DNA of 64,000 bases from a virus (IMGVR_UViG_3300017650_000002); one strand, 5' to 3'. Positions 1-8,354 are shown, counted from the stretch's first letter. Translations and numbers: made by a program. The notes: generated by a model from the letters alone, not told the origin.

Positions 1-58
1 ATCTTCGTCCGTGATCCGCAAGGGATTATCTGGGAATCTTTCGAGGGAGTGTGGATAA

Positions 59-250
59 ATGCATGAATATGAGGTAGGAGATAAGGTACGGTTTGTAAGT
101 CGTAGCCAGGACGACACGCGAGACTATGTGACTGTTGGAAATGTGTACACGGTAGCAGAAATCGGCTCCCATGGGATGGAGTTGTGGGTTAAGGTTGATC
201 ATCCCGTAAGACTCGCCGGTATGTTTGCTAGTGAAGTCGTCCCGGCTTAA
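59..250 (+). CDS. hypothetical early protein (63 aa)
   Basis: Complete ORF on the dominant + strand of the left arm; compact spacing with neighbours; no recognisable motif. Confidence 0.45.
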   Translation: MHEYEVGDKVRFVSRSQDDTRDYVTVGNVYTVAEIGSHGMELWVKVDHPVRLAGMFASEVVPA

Positions 251-277
251 TTAAACTATTCTACAGGAGAGTAAAAC

Positions 278-481
278 ATGCTTAAGGTGGGCGATAAGGT
301 AAGGATTCTCAAAAAAGGAATTGCTAGTCATTCCATTGAAGTAGGACAGGAGTATGAGGTTGTCTACTCGGATGACGAAACAGTAGAAATTTCCGCCCCC
401 GAGTCTCCCTACTTCTTTCTGTATAGCCCCAATGCATGCTTTAAGTATGTAGAGGGTGTCCACTGGGAGAAGGTGGAATAA
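278..481 (+). CDS. hypothetical early protein (67 aa)
   Basis: ORF preceded by GGAGAG RBS-like sequence ~8 nt upstream; followed by terminator/promoter cassette at 502-536. Confidence 0.45.
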   Translation: MLKVGDKVRILKKGIASHSIEVGQEYEVVYSDDETVEISAPESPYFFLYSPNACFKYVEGVHWEKVE

Positions 482-501
482 GTTACAATGTTTTACATAT
501 A

Positions 502-536
502 GCCCCGTTGACACGGGGCTTTTTGTTGTCTAAAAT
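502..536 (+). promoter_or_regulatory. combined rho-independent terminator hairpin (GCCCCG-TTGACA-CGGGGC + T-tract) with sigma70-like promoter: -35 TTGACA (508-513) sits in the hairpin loop, 17-nt spacer, -10 TAAAAT (531-536)
   Basis: Direct reading: GCCCCGTTGACACGGGGCTTTTTGTTGTCTAAAAT; near-identical copy at 2456-2490. Confidence 0.6.
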
Positions 537-570
537 CTCTTTAACGTAATCAAACACAAAGAGGTAAATC

Positions 571-780
571 ATGAATAAGATTTTTGGGTATGACTGGGAA
601 GATATAAAATTGGCCCAACAAGGGGACATGTCCGGATTGCGCAAACCTGTTGGTGATAGTTCTCCCACCTGGACCGAAGAAGACCAAAAGGTCTTAGACC
701 AGTACAAAACTATAGAAGCTTTGGAGCAAGCGGGGATGTATGGTGTTTTGGACAGAGCCAAGCGGTTAGGGATTATTTAA
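571..780 (+). CDS. hypothetical early protein (69 aa)
   Basis: ORF immediately downstream of promoter cassette; AAAGAGG RBS 8 nt upstream of ATG. Confidence 0.5.
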   Translation: MNKIFGYDWEDIKLAQQGDMSGLRKPVGDSSPTWTEEDQKVLDQYKTIEALEQAGMYGVLDRAKRLGII

Positions 781-815
781 TTCAAACAAATTATGCTACT
801 TAAAAGGATAAAGGT

Positions 816-1061
816 ATGAAGGCAACGATTAGGAAGGGCTGTAGCGCATTCTATGAATGCATGGGTACTTGGGTCCCCTGCAAGGTGGAAAGCGTCTCAA
901 ACGGCCTGATAACGGCCTCTGTGAGCCGTTGTATACCTGGACTGAACTATCAAATAGGGGAGCCCCTGGTGTCCACCCTGAAATTCAACAGGATTTTTCC
1001 TGCCCTGGCTGTAGACCCTGGTAGTATGTATGTCCGTGGGTATGATGTTATAGAAGACTGA
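816..1061 (+). CDS. hypothetical early protein (81 aa, Cys-rich N-terminus)
   Basis: ORF with AAAGGA RBS upstream; same strand as operon. Confidence 0.45.
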   Translation: MKATIRKGCSAFYECMGTWVPCKVESVSNGLITASVSRCIPGLNYQIGEPLVSTLKFNRIFPALAVDPGSMYVRGYDVIED

Positions 1062-1101
1062 TTGACATAAGCAAAAATCTCTGTTTTAATATGTTTTCTT
1101 A

Positions 1102-1320
1102 GTGGAGGGCAGTACAATGATTGGCACCAAGAAGCGTTTCAACTATCCCGACTACGGGCATCCTGATACACACCCGGACTATAGCTTGCACAGGGGGCAG
1201 GTAGTAGAGATTACTGCTGAGGCCCTTCTATTCGAGAAGGGGGCCGATGTCGCTTATTACATTAAAGCAGCAGATGGCTGGGAAGGGCTTGCGTGGGAAA
1301 GTGAACTGGAGGATATCTAA
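1102..1320 (+). CDS. hypothetical early protein (72 aa)
   Basis: ORF with GGAGGG RBS upstream. Confidence 0.45.
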   Translation: MEGSTMIGTKKRFNYPDYGHPDTHPDYSLHRGQVVEITAEALLFEKGADVAYYIKAADGWEGLAWESELEDI

Positions 1321-1321
1321 T

Positions 1322-1528
1322 ATGGTTTCTAACTTTATGAATGCGGGGCATGATATGACTAAGGCGCAGTACATTTCTATCAAGGATGAGTATACATGGT
1401 ACAATGACGGTTACCATTGCTACTATGCAGGAGGAAACCGGGGAGATTGCAAACATCCACTCTTCTCAGATGCCTATGAGTGTTGGCATCAAGGCTATTC
1501 TGCTGCTGAAGATGAGGATAAAGAATAG
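1322..1528 (+). CDS. hypothetical early protein (68 aa)
   Basis: In-frame ATG right after stop of preceding gene (TAATATG), translational coupling; listed ORF 1247-1528 trimmed to this start. Confidence 0.4.
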   Translation: MVSNFMNAGHDMTKAQYISIKDEYTWYNDGYHCYYAGGNRGDCKHPLFSDAYECWHQGYSAAEDEDKE

Positions 1529-1714
1529 TGGCACGTAAGGTAGCCAGAATCCCAAATCTTAGGGCGATGTTTAAGGTAGCAGGGAATAGGTACGAATGGC
1601 ACAGTCCAGTAGGAATGACTGACGAAGAACTTGAAATTTGTGGTATTATGGTTTTTACAGACCATCAGACAGGTACTACCTACTCCCCCATCCTCCTTTA
1701 AGGGAATCTGTGAA

Positions 1715-1918
1715 ATGAAAAATATTCAAAAGACCATCATCCGTAAAATTTCTAACGGTCTTGCTGTAGAGTACGATGTATCTAAGCGTGGAGAGGTTAA
1801 ACTCATCATTGCTGGACAGTCATACATCATAGATCACAATGCAGCAGAGAGTCTTGCTTATGTACTGCAAGAAGCTTACGACGATATACAACTAGAAATA
1901 GACTCTGATGAGGATTGA
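1715..1918 (+). CDS. hypothetical early protein (67 aa)
   Basis: Internal start MKNIQKT of ORF 1631-1918 with AAGGGA RBS; upstream part looks non-coding. Confidence 0.4.
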   Translation: MKNIQKTIIRKISNGLAVEYDVSKRGEVKLIIAGQSYIIDHNAAESLAYVLQEAYDDIQLEIDSDED

Positions 1919-2022
1919 CCATGTTTACAGTTATGTATACTCTTCTTTCTATCTTTTTTTGGAGTAGGAGTAGGATTAGCTATATCCTATGTAATACTTA
2001 AGATGTAATAAGTCTACTTCAG

Positions 2023-2313
2023 ATGAATACATTAAATACATTCTTCGCTTTGGCTCAGAATGTGTTTAGTGTAGCACACGAAATTCGATCTGTCAACCGA
2101 TCTGGTTGCAAAAAGAAACCACTTTTGCCAAAAAGAAACCGCTTTAGGAGAAATAGTCAAATGAAACCCCATAAACACGCAGAAGTTATCAAAAAGTGGG
2201 CAGATGGGCACCCTGTCCAGTGGAGAGAGGGTCCACTTGATGGCTGGAAAGATACAATCGCCCCGTCCTGGGGATTTGCGGTAGAGTTTCGGGTAAGGCC
2301 AGCTACAAAGTGA
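2023..2313 (+). CDS. hypothetical protein (96 aa; alternative start at 2161 giving 50 aa)
   Basis: ORF contains a 12-bp direct repeat CAAAAAGAAACC x2 (2109-2140); no clear RBS at 2023, so start uncertain. Confidence 0.35.
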   Translation: MNTLNTFFALAQNVFSVAHEIRSVNRSGCKKKPLLPKRNRFRRNSQMKPHKHAEVIKKWADGHPVQWREGPLDGWKDTIAPSWGFAVEFRVRPATK

Positions 2314-2455
2314 TTTGGTCTGGCCAAATCGGGGCCTGTCCCCTATTTCTTTGACAGCCTGGATGATTGCAAGGAGTTTGCCCCTCACTGTCTCAGTTAT
2401 CATTCGATAGAAATTCCTGAGTAGATTTCCTGATACTTACAAAGTTTTACAAATA

Positions 2456-2490
2456 GCCCCGTTGACACGGGGCTTTTTGTCGTCTAAAAT
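2456..2490 (+). promoter_or_regulatory. second copy of terminator-hairpin/promoter cassette (-35 TTGACA 2462-2467 in hairpin loop; -10 TAAAAT 2485-2490)
   Basis: ATAGCCCCGTTGACACGGGGCTTTTTGTCGTCTAAAAT; ~38 bp shared with the copy at 498-536. Confidence 0.6.
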
Positions 2491-2521
2491 CCTTATATCA
2501 ACTCAAACAAAGGGGCTAACA

Positions 2522-2689
2522 ATGGAAATTATCCTGAAGTTTAATGGAAAGCAGGTAACGTCTTTCTATTATGTGGAAATAGGGGTGTTTGAAATTCCTC
2601 TATCCGACGGCCGGCAGGTTCATTTCCGAACTGGGAGTGATATGTATCAATTCCTGAAAGAAAATGCTGATGCCATTGAATACGATTGA
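2522..2689 (+). CDS. hypothetical early protein (55 aa)
   Basis: Start MEIILKF directly downstream of promoter cassette with AAAGGGG RBS; listed ORF 2462-2689 trimmed because its 5' end overlaps the terminator hairpin. Confidence 0.45.
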   Translation: MEIILKFNGKQVTSFYYVEIGVFEIPLSDGRQVHFRTGSDMYQFLKENADAIEYD

Positions 2690-2757
2690 GAAATAACTTG
2701 CATAGATTTTAAGATCATGCTGTAATAGAGTCACTGAAAATACATCAAGGAAACGAC

Positions 2758-2964
2758 ATGCAAAAGATTAACATTGAAGACGTAAAAAGCTTTGGCTTCC
2801 TGTTCATTAAGATTTTTGCCTTGATTTTCTTGGCAGTTAATGCTATCGTCCTTACGTCGCCTGGGGTTTCCCTGGTGGCTGAGGTAGTGAAGCTTTTTAA
2901 CCCGGAACAAATGGCCGTCCTGGCTGCCTCTTTGACGGCCTACCACAAGATTATCAAAAGCTGA
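2758..2964 (+). CDS. small membrane protein (68 aa, one hydrophobic helix)
   Basis: ORF with AAGGAAA RBS; central stretch FGFLFIKIFALIFLAVNAIVL is a predicted TM helix. Confidence 0.45.
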   Translation: MQKINIEDVKSFGFLFIKIFALIFLAVNAIVLTSPGVSLVAEVVKLFNPEQMAVLAASLTAYHKIIKS

Positions 2965-3130
2965 TACAATGTATAAACTTGCCCAATACCTGAACCCAGA
3001 GACTAACCGCCACCAATGGGGAGCCGTACACACTGGCACAGGGGTGTGGTATTTCGCTAAACGTTATGGAAAACATGAGGCCAACTGCCTTGTTCGCATC
3101 CTGAATCAACAAGTTAAATAGAGGACAGAC

Positions 3131-3511
3131 ATGATTATCGCTGAAATGCTCAAGAAAGGTAAATCTTTGATTCTGAACAAGGAAAATTGGAACCAAGATG
3201 GTGCATATGTAGCTGATATGCCGCTGACCTATGCCCACATGCTTTCAGACAAGTCTAATCTGTGCATGTGTGGAGTAGGAGCCGTAGTGGTAGCAGTTGA
3301 TACCCAAAACTTCTACTTGAACGACCTGCTGAGCATCGGCGATTGGATGAGTAGTAAGGTAAGAAAGATTACCAAAGGTAAGTTTATCTCCTTTTTTGAA
3401 TTCAATGATAGCGACAAGACCACTCATCAAGACGTACTCGATATGTTTGATAGGCTCATTGCAATAGCAGAGGTCGAAAAAGCCACCCTCCAACTCAACA
3501 AGAAGGCGTAA
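3131..3511 (+). CDS. hypothetical protein (126 aa)
   Basis: ORF with GAGGA RBS; + strand operon context. Confidence 0.5.
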   Translation: MIIAEMLKKGKSLILNKENWNQDGAYVADMPLTYAHMLSDKSNLCMCGVGAVVVAVDTQNFYLNDLLSIGDWMSSKVRKITKGKFISFFEFNDSDKTTHQDVLDMFDRLIAIAEVEKATLQLNKKA

Positions 3512-3514
3512 ACC

Positions 3515-3778
3515 ATGAAAATCCTTAGTATTGACGCCTGGAAAACCGAAGGTGGTTGGACTTGGAATAATTGGTATGCGCACGGGGTGATTACGAAAGC
3601 TGACTTCGAGAAACTTGACAGTAACCGCAAGGTGTTGTCTTGGCTACGTGAAGAAGGCTACCTTTCGGAGTATTCAAAGGGGCGTGTCGCTATTGAGGAT
3701 GACCAATACAATCTTGTGATTGTAGACAAAAACACAAAAGAACCCCTGTATGCAATCGAGTATGGACCGGAGTACTAA
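3515..3778 (+). CDS. hypothetical protein (87 aa)
   Basis: ORF starts 4 nt after previous stop (coupled). Confidence 0.5.
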   Translation: MKILSIDAWKTEGGWTWNNWYAHGVITKADFEKLDSNRKVLSWLREEGYLSEYSKGRVAIEDDQYNLVIVDKNTKEPLYAIEYGPEY

Positions 3779-3887
3779 ACGTGAAAACTGTACAGCAAAT
3801 CTTTGACGTAGTGATTCAAGCAGGATTCTACGGCCCTCGTAATGGGGCTACAATGAATATTATCTCCATCGGAGGGGCTACCAATAT

Positions 3888-4109
3888 GTGTACATGTCCA
3901 GTTGGATGTGTGGGTCTTTAGGGGACGCCTATAGGACGGTCGTTATCACGTACGATGAATATACGGTTGCAAAGCGTGCCATCGAAGAGTACATAGGCAA
4001 AGGTAACTTTTTAGGGACAGAGTTATCTAGAGCGGGGCACGATTCGGATTTTGATGCAAGACTAGCCATTTATTCCAATTGGGCCAATCGGCCTAAGCTG
4101 GAATTGTAA
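3888..4109 (+). CDS. hypothetical protein (73 aa)
   Basis: Complete ORF, same strand. Confidence 0.4.
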   Translation: MYMSSWMCGSLGDAYRTVVITYDEYTVAKRAIEEYIGKGNFLGTELSRAGHDSDFDARLAIYSNWANRPKLEL

Positions 4110-4603
4110 AAGATTGTAAAATGGGCAAAATACGCTTGACTTAGGTTTTTGACCATGTTGTAATACGTACATGGCAAGCAATACAGCAAGCCAACAAACA
4201 CAAGGCAGACAGACATGGAATTCAGCGCAAAAATTTTCGTAGTCCCGGCTTTCGAGTTTCGGGGTGAGCGTTATGTCCCTCAAGTGGTTATGTCTGATGG
4301 TGCTTTGCAGTGGTCGGGAAGCCAAATGACCTGCAAAGAAGAGGCTCAGAAGGTTGCCACTGCTAAGGCAAAGTCCTACAACGAAGTGTGAGCAAATGGG
4401 GCTTCGGCCCCTAAGGAATTACAACGATGCGAATGTACGCCCATTTTGAAACCCTGCCGGTGTCGACCATCTTTCACCAGAACGGAAACACCTATCGTAA
4501 GCAATCTAGCCGCACGGCAAAGCTTTTGGAGTATGATCGGGTGTTTTACTTCAGCAAGAAAGAGTATTGCGTAGTTGGCCCCTACTCCCTTCTGTGAAAT
4601 ATC

Positions 4604-5152
4604 ATGAAATACAATCACACGGCAACGTCCTACAAAGTTAACGTTCTTCGCATGAAATTTGCCTCCATGCCTGAGAATCAAGGGGTAGATTTCGATAATT
4701 GGGTACGTAACCAAATTGGCATGAGTAGTGAAGAGTATGACCAATATCTGGCGCATGGGCTGGATGTTGACACTATTGTCAAACACTTCCTGATTGCCGC
4801 CATCTGGGCTGATGCCCCAGAGGGGACAAACCCACGGGTCACAAAGGAGGCCAGGGATTGGGCTACGTCTTTCGTTCAAAACTTCATAGGGTCGTACACC
4901 TACACTGTGAGAGAAGTTTTGGGAATGCCTGGGTATGGTAATCATCCCGACATTGGTAGCCCTGAAGCTGCATTCGGACATGATCTATACCTTACGTGTG
5001 CTGGACATGGTGTAGGTTTTCAGGACAGGAAGGAGCTAGATCAGGGACATGACCGGTTGCACCTGGGCGAATACCTATACAATGAGATACGTCAATCCCA
5101 TCAGGAGTGGCATATAGAGCCTCAGTTTTACCGTGGCTGGATGTACCTATAA
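4604..5152 (+). CDS. hypothetical protein (182 aa)
   Basis: Longest ORF in early block on the operon strand; the overlapping antisense ORF 4376-4981 is treated as spurious. Confidence 0.5.
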   Translation: MKYNHTATSYKVNVLRMKFASMPENQGVDFDNWVRNQIGMSSEEYDQYLAHGLDVDTIVKHFLIAAIWADAPEGTNPRVTKEARDWATSFVQNFIGSYTYTVREVLGMPGYGNHPDIGSPEAAFGHDLYLTCAGHGVGFQDRKELDQGHDRLHLGEYLYNEIRQSHQEWHIEPQFYRGWMYL

Positions 5153-5170
5153 GTAGCACATTTACAGGAG

Positions 5171-5395
5171 ATGGAAGTGAATCTTTATATCGCACGTCGT
5201 AAGTATAAGGGATGGGATGGAGAGATTAAGTTTCAATACTACGGTTTTAGTCGCCGCCATCCGCGCCGCTTTTCTGAGACTAATAGCCCATTTGATGGGG
5301 AGTGGCTGTATGGTTCTGCCCTCACCCTGACAGGGGATGAATTTCTTTTGGTGAAAGAAGAGTATCCAGAGGCAGAAGCTGTACAAGTGGGATAA
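5171..5395 (+). CDS. hypothetical protein (74 aa)
   Basis: ORF with GGAGATGG RBS-like sequence; followed by hairpin GCCCCttttGGGGC at 5415-5428. Confidence 0.4.
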   Translation: MEVNLYIARRKYKGWDGEIKFQYYGFSRRHPRRFSETNSPFDGEWLYGSALTLTGDEFLLVKEEYPEAEAVQVG

Positions 5396-5414
5396 ATGTA
5401 AAAGTCTGTAAATA

Positions 5415-5434
5415 GCCCCTTTTGGGGCTGTTCC
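5415..5434 (+). terminator. putative weak intrinsic terminator hairpin GCCCC-TTTT-GGGGC
   Basis: Read directly; T-tract after the stem is short (TGTTCC), hence low confidence. Confidence 0.35.
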
Positions 5435-5516
5435 CGCTTGCATTCCATTTTCAGATGGTCTAATATCTTTACATGGACGAAGCAATCAAGCTTCCCACAA
5501 CGAAGAGAGAAGAGAA

Positions 5517-5723
5517 ATGATTTATCTTTACTATGTTTCTAGAGGCTTAGCCAGTTTGCACAAGATGTATTCTAACGGCAACGATGTTAACCAAAAACCT
5601 GTTAAGATTGGAAAGTATTCCTCTGACAAAGAGGCAAAAGAGGCTTGCATAGATCACCACAAGAAAGCTTGTAAAATGGCAGACGCCGCAGGCCGTGAAC
5701 GCCCTGAAATTCGATTCTTTTAA
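5517..5723 (+). CDS. hypothetical protein (68 aa)
   Basis: ORF with GAGAAGAGAAATG RBS region. Confidence 0.4.
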   Translation: MIYLYYVSRGLASLHKMYSNGNDVNQKPVKIGKYSSDKEAKEACIDHHKKACKMADAAGRERPEIRFF

Positions 5724-5734
5724 GGAATACAACC

Positions 5735-5947
5735 ATGAAAACCTGGAATATCTGCACCGATGGTAAGCCATACAGCCGTGTCACAACGGGCAACAAGGCA
5801 ACTCCTGAAATGGCCCTAGCAGCTTGGGAAGCTGAGGCTCCGTGGCTTCGTAGTGCCCTAGAGGGATGCTTTCCTGGTGTGGTAATCACTGCTACGCCCT
5901 ACATATCCTCAGGTTTGGATAACTACGGCACTCGTCGCGGCGGGTAA
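5735..5947 (+). CDS. hypothetical protein (70 aa)
   Basis: ORF 12 nt downstream of previous stop. Confidence 0.4.
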   Translation: MKTWNICTDGKPYSRVTTGNKATPEMALAAWEAEAPWLRSALEGCFPGVVITATPYISSGLDNYGTRRGG

Positions 5948-6082
5948 GAGATATCAAAATGTAGTAGGAAATACCTATTAGGCCCATAGCTAAATTCAAT
6001 AGCCATGGGCTTGCATTCGTTCCTAGTTCCTGTAGAATTCTGTTCATGCACTAACGCATACACATACAGAGAGAGAGAAATC

Positions 6083-6253
6083 ATGAAAATCACAAAAAAT
6101 CTTTGGTCAAAGCGTTACAGCGTAGCTCGCGGATGGTACTGGAAATATGAAAGGGATGTAACTGACTTTAGTGCTGACGGATGGGTAGAAATTTATGAAA
6201 AAGATGAACCTAACGTTGAATTTAGGGTATCTGTGCAGAAACCTAGAACGTAG
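6083..6253 (+). CDS. hypothetical protein (56 aa)
   Basis: Internal start MKITKNLW with purine-rich RBS (AGAGAGAGAGAAATC); followed by strong terminator. Confidence 0.4.
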   Translation: MKITKNLWSKRYSVARGWYWKYERDVTDFSADGWVEIYEKDEPNVEFRVSVQKPRT

Positions 6254-6268
6254 CAAATAAGCAACATA

Positions 6269-6296
6269 AGCCCCTTAATCGGGGCTTTTCTTATTT
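6269..6296 (+). terminator. rho-independent terminator AGCCCC-TTAATC-GGGGCT + TTTTCTTATTT
   Basis: Perfect 6-bp GC stem followed by T-run; ends the left early operon. Confidence 0.7.
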
Positions 6297-6842
6297 CAAT
6301 AACAGACTAAGTATCAGACAGCTATCAGCAGGAAAGAAGAGAAAGAAAAGAGAAATAGACCCTCTAAAACAGCTTCTGAGGCTTCAAAAGGAGATTGGCA
6401 ATACCAAACCTAGTCTAAACAAGAAAATCGCTTAAAAGGGCTTATAGCAATTCTCTAAGACTATTGTAGGGCAAGGCTTGTATGCTATAAGCCTGCCCTA
6501 TATAACAGCCCATTAAGGGGGACATGGCACGTTAGGGCTATGGACCCATACACTAATCAATAGAGAATATCTAATACCTATATAAATCAATACTTAGGAG
6601 CTATCAGAGGGGGACACTAAGTAGAAAAATGTGCATGCCGCGCCGCGCATGCTTCTAAGATATAAAGGTCGGACGTTAGGTACTAACGGGTACTGTAGGG
6701 TCGGGCCTGCCCTACTCTGTCCCCCTTAAATGTCAACCAGATTTACAATTTATTACATTTCACGCCTGGAAATGTTGTATTCCTGCACTGTTACACAATA
6801 TTATTGCTTGTTGTATCTTGTTACATTTACATTCTTGCGGGC

Positions 6843-6866
6843 AAAAGAAAAGGCCCCGAAGGGCCT
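6843..6866 (-). terminator. terminator for reverse-strand gene 6956-7552 (GGCCC-CGAA-GGGCC hairpin with A-tract on + strand = T-tract on - strand)
   Basis: GCAAAAGAAAAGGCCCCGAAGGGCC read on + strand. Confidence 0.55.
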
Positions 6867-6955
6867 GTTGAGTCTACTTAAATAGGTAGCATAGGGTAGA
6901 CCCCAGCCCAATGCCAGCCAGGACAGCCGCCAGATAAAACAACCAGAGAGGAACT

Positions 6956-7552
6956 TCAATCATACTGGCCTCCTACGTTTTCCAGGTAGGAAATACACAT
7001 GTCCACCAGCTTGTAACGACCCAGGCCCATACGGCTTTCCTTGTCCCAGTTGTGAACTCCCTGAAGGGGCAAGTGACTTTGTTCTGGCATTGTTTCAATA
7101 ATCTCGTATACAGGGTAAGTGCAGTTATGGAGACCGGCAGCATAAGCTACATTGCTCACCAGAGTATACCCGCAGGCGGATTCGCTTTCGGGATGGACCA
7201 GTTCCGTGACGTTAAAGCATACACCGTATGTTGGGTGTTGGGGGCCGTTGTCACGAAGGGAATAGAGGGCCAGCAGCATAGCTTGTACTTCATCGTCATC
7301 AGATTGTCCGATATCTTGCATATCCTTTTCCTCACGCTCGTATTGAACAGATTGGTTGACACCCAGCATTAGGTTTTCCAACGCTGTCATGTCATACATA
7401 GTGCCAACGAAGGGGTAGCACTTATCACCCTTTTCATTATACCAGGGGGTATAAGCCTTACTCATTAGCAGGTCTGCCTCAGGTGTGAGGGAATATGCAC
7501 GCATGCCACATCCAACATCCATTACTACCTTTAGCCCTACAGTCTTGCTCAT
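6956..7552 (-). CDS. hypothetical protein (198 aa), isolated reverse-strand gene inside the + strand early region
   Basis: Strong RBS (AAGGAGATACCTTAATG on - strand), own terminator, and ~700/800 bp ORF-free flanks; no recognisable domain. Confidence 0.6.
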   Translation of the reverse strand: MSKTVGLKVVMDVGCGMRAYSLTPEADLLMSKAYTPWYNEKGDKCYPFVGTMYDMTALENLMLGVNQSVQYEREEKDMQDIGQSDDDEVQAMLLALYSLRDNGPQHPTYGVCFNVTELVHPESESACGYTLVSNVAYAAGLHNCTYPVYEIIETMPEQSHLPLQGVHNWDKESRMGLGRYKLVDMCISYLENVGGQYD

Positions 7553-7771
7553 TAAGGTATCTCCTTGTGTTTATACAGCCTATACGATAACCCAAATAAC
7601 AACTAGGGCCTAATTGATTGTCTTGATGATGTTTGCATGCCCTATAGTCTCTGCCTACAAGGGGGCCAAATGTAACTAGACTCTACTTATTGTAAGAGTA
7701 TGATGATTTCCCTAGACATAGCTTGCCCCATATGATAGCCATTCCTGTTACACTCTTTTACACTTTAGTTC

Positions 7772-7801
7772 TTGACATCGTGGATATTTCTAGATTATAA
7801 T
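7772..7801 (+). promoter_or_regulatory. consensus sigma70 promoter: -35 TTGACA (7772-7777), 18-nt spacer, -10 TATAAT (7796-7801)
   Basis: Read directly in an ORF-free region; followed by a ~180-nt leader containing three GCACCT(T/C) repeats and a GGTGCTCAGCACC palindrome. Confidence 0.6.
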
Positions 7802-7981
7802 GAATAGGGGTAACGTGGGGAGGGAGGGTGCTCAGCACCTCAGATCAATGTCTGGCCCTCAGATGTATAGAGGCAGTTTATGGAAGCACCTTGGATGGTT
7901 AGCGGGTCAATAAGAAGCACCTTAACTAAGTAGACAAAGATATTTAGGTGTGCTACAGTAGGATATTTAAAGGAGGGGTAC

Positions 7982-8080
7982 ATGGAGTTTTGGAGTGTTT
8001 TTATGTGGCCTATTTGTGTGGTAGTTTTGATAGCATTTGTAGCTAATCTAGGATCTATTGAGGATTGGGTAGATGAATAG
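7982..8080 (+). CDS. putative small hydrophobic peptide (32 aa: MEFWSVFMWPICVVVLIAFVANLGSIEDWVDE)
   Basis: Strong SD AAGGAGG 4 nt upstream of ATG; downstream of promoter 7772-7801; below the ORF-track size cut-off. Confidence 0.3.
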   Translation: MEFWSVFMWPICVVVLIAFVANLGSIEDWVDE

Positions 8081-8094
8081 ATACAAATATTTGA

Positions 8095-8123
8095 TTGACA
8101 GGGATACTGCCCTAGGATACAAT
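8095..8123 (+). promoter_or_regulatory. sigma70-like promoter: -35 TTGACA (8095-8100), 17-nt spacer, -10 TACAAT (8118-8123)
   Basis: Read directly. Confidence 0.5.
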
Positions 8124-8354
8124 GGGTGCTGTCTTTTCTACAGGGGGTTTGGAAAATGAGCAAGCTTGACATGTTGATTGTACTAGGCTCCTCTGTGGGG
8201 GTATAAGCCAATTTAGGGGTTTGAGACACGACTGGGTAATCTTAGATAGCCTCTACGAAGATGTCCAAGATTTAGCTGAATTGATGAGAGAGAAGCAAGA
8301 GAAGGCTCAGAAGAACTATTTATCTATCATGCCGAAATACAACGGGAGGAAGAA

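Noticed and set aside
251-761. Minus-strand ORFs 251-514 and 483-761 in the early + strand region
   Set aside because: They lie antisense to compact + strand genes and across the terminator/promoter cassette, and they have no RBS. They look like by-products of an AT-rich coding strand.
2109-2140. Direct repeat CAAAAAGAAACC x2 as a regulatory iteron
   Set aside because: It lies inside a possible coding region (translated KKKPLLPKRNRF in ORF 2023-2313), so it may simply encode a basic peptide repeat. It is kept only as a note in the corresponding feature.
2032-2403. Minus-strand ORF of 123 aa overlapping + ORF 2023-2313
   Set aside because: Antisense to the operon strand with no RBS. At most one of the two is coding, and the + strand is favoured by context.
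4376-4981. 201-aa minus-strand ORF
   Set aside because: Entirely antisense to the + strand ORF 4604-5152 and to two small + ORFs, with no RBS; treated as spurious.
7840-8229. 129-aa minus-strand ORF in the non-coding gap
   Set aside because: Low-complexity Ser/Thr/Ile-rich translation and no RBS, and it spans a region containing + strand promoters and a micro-ORF. It probably reflects AT-rich non-coding DNA.
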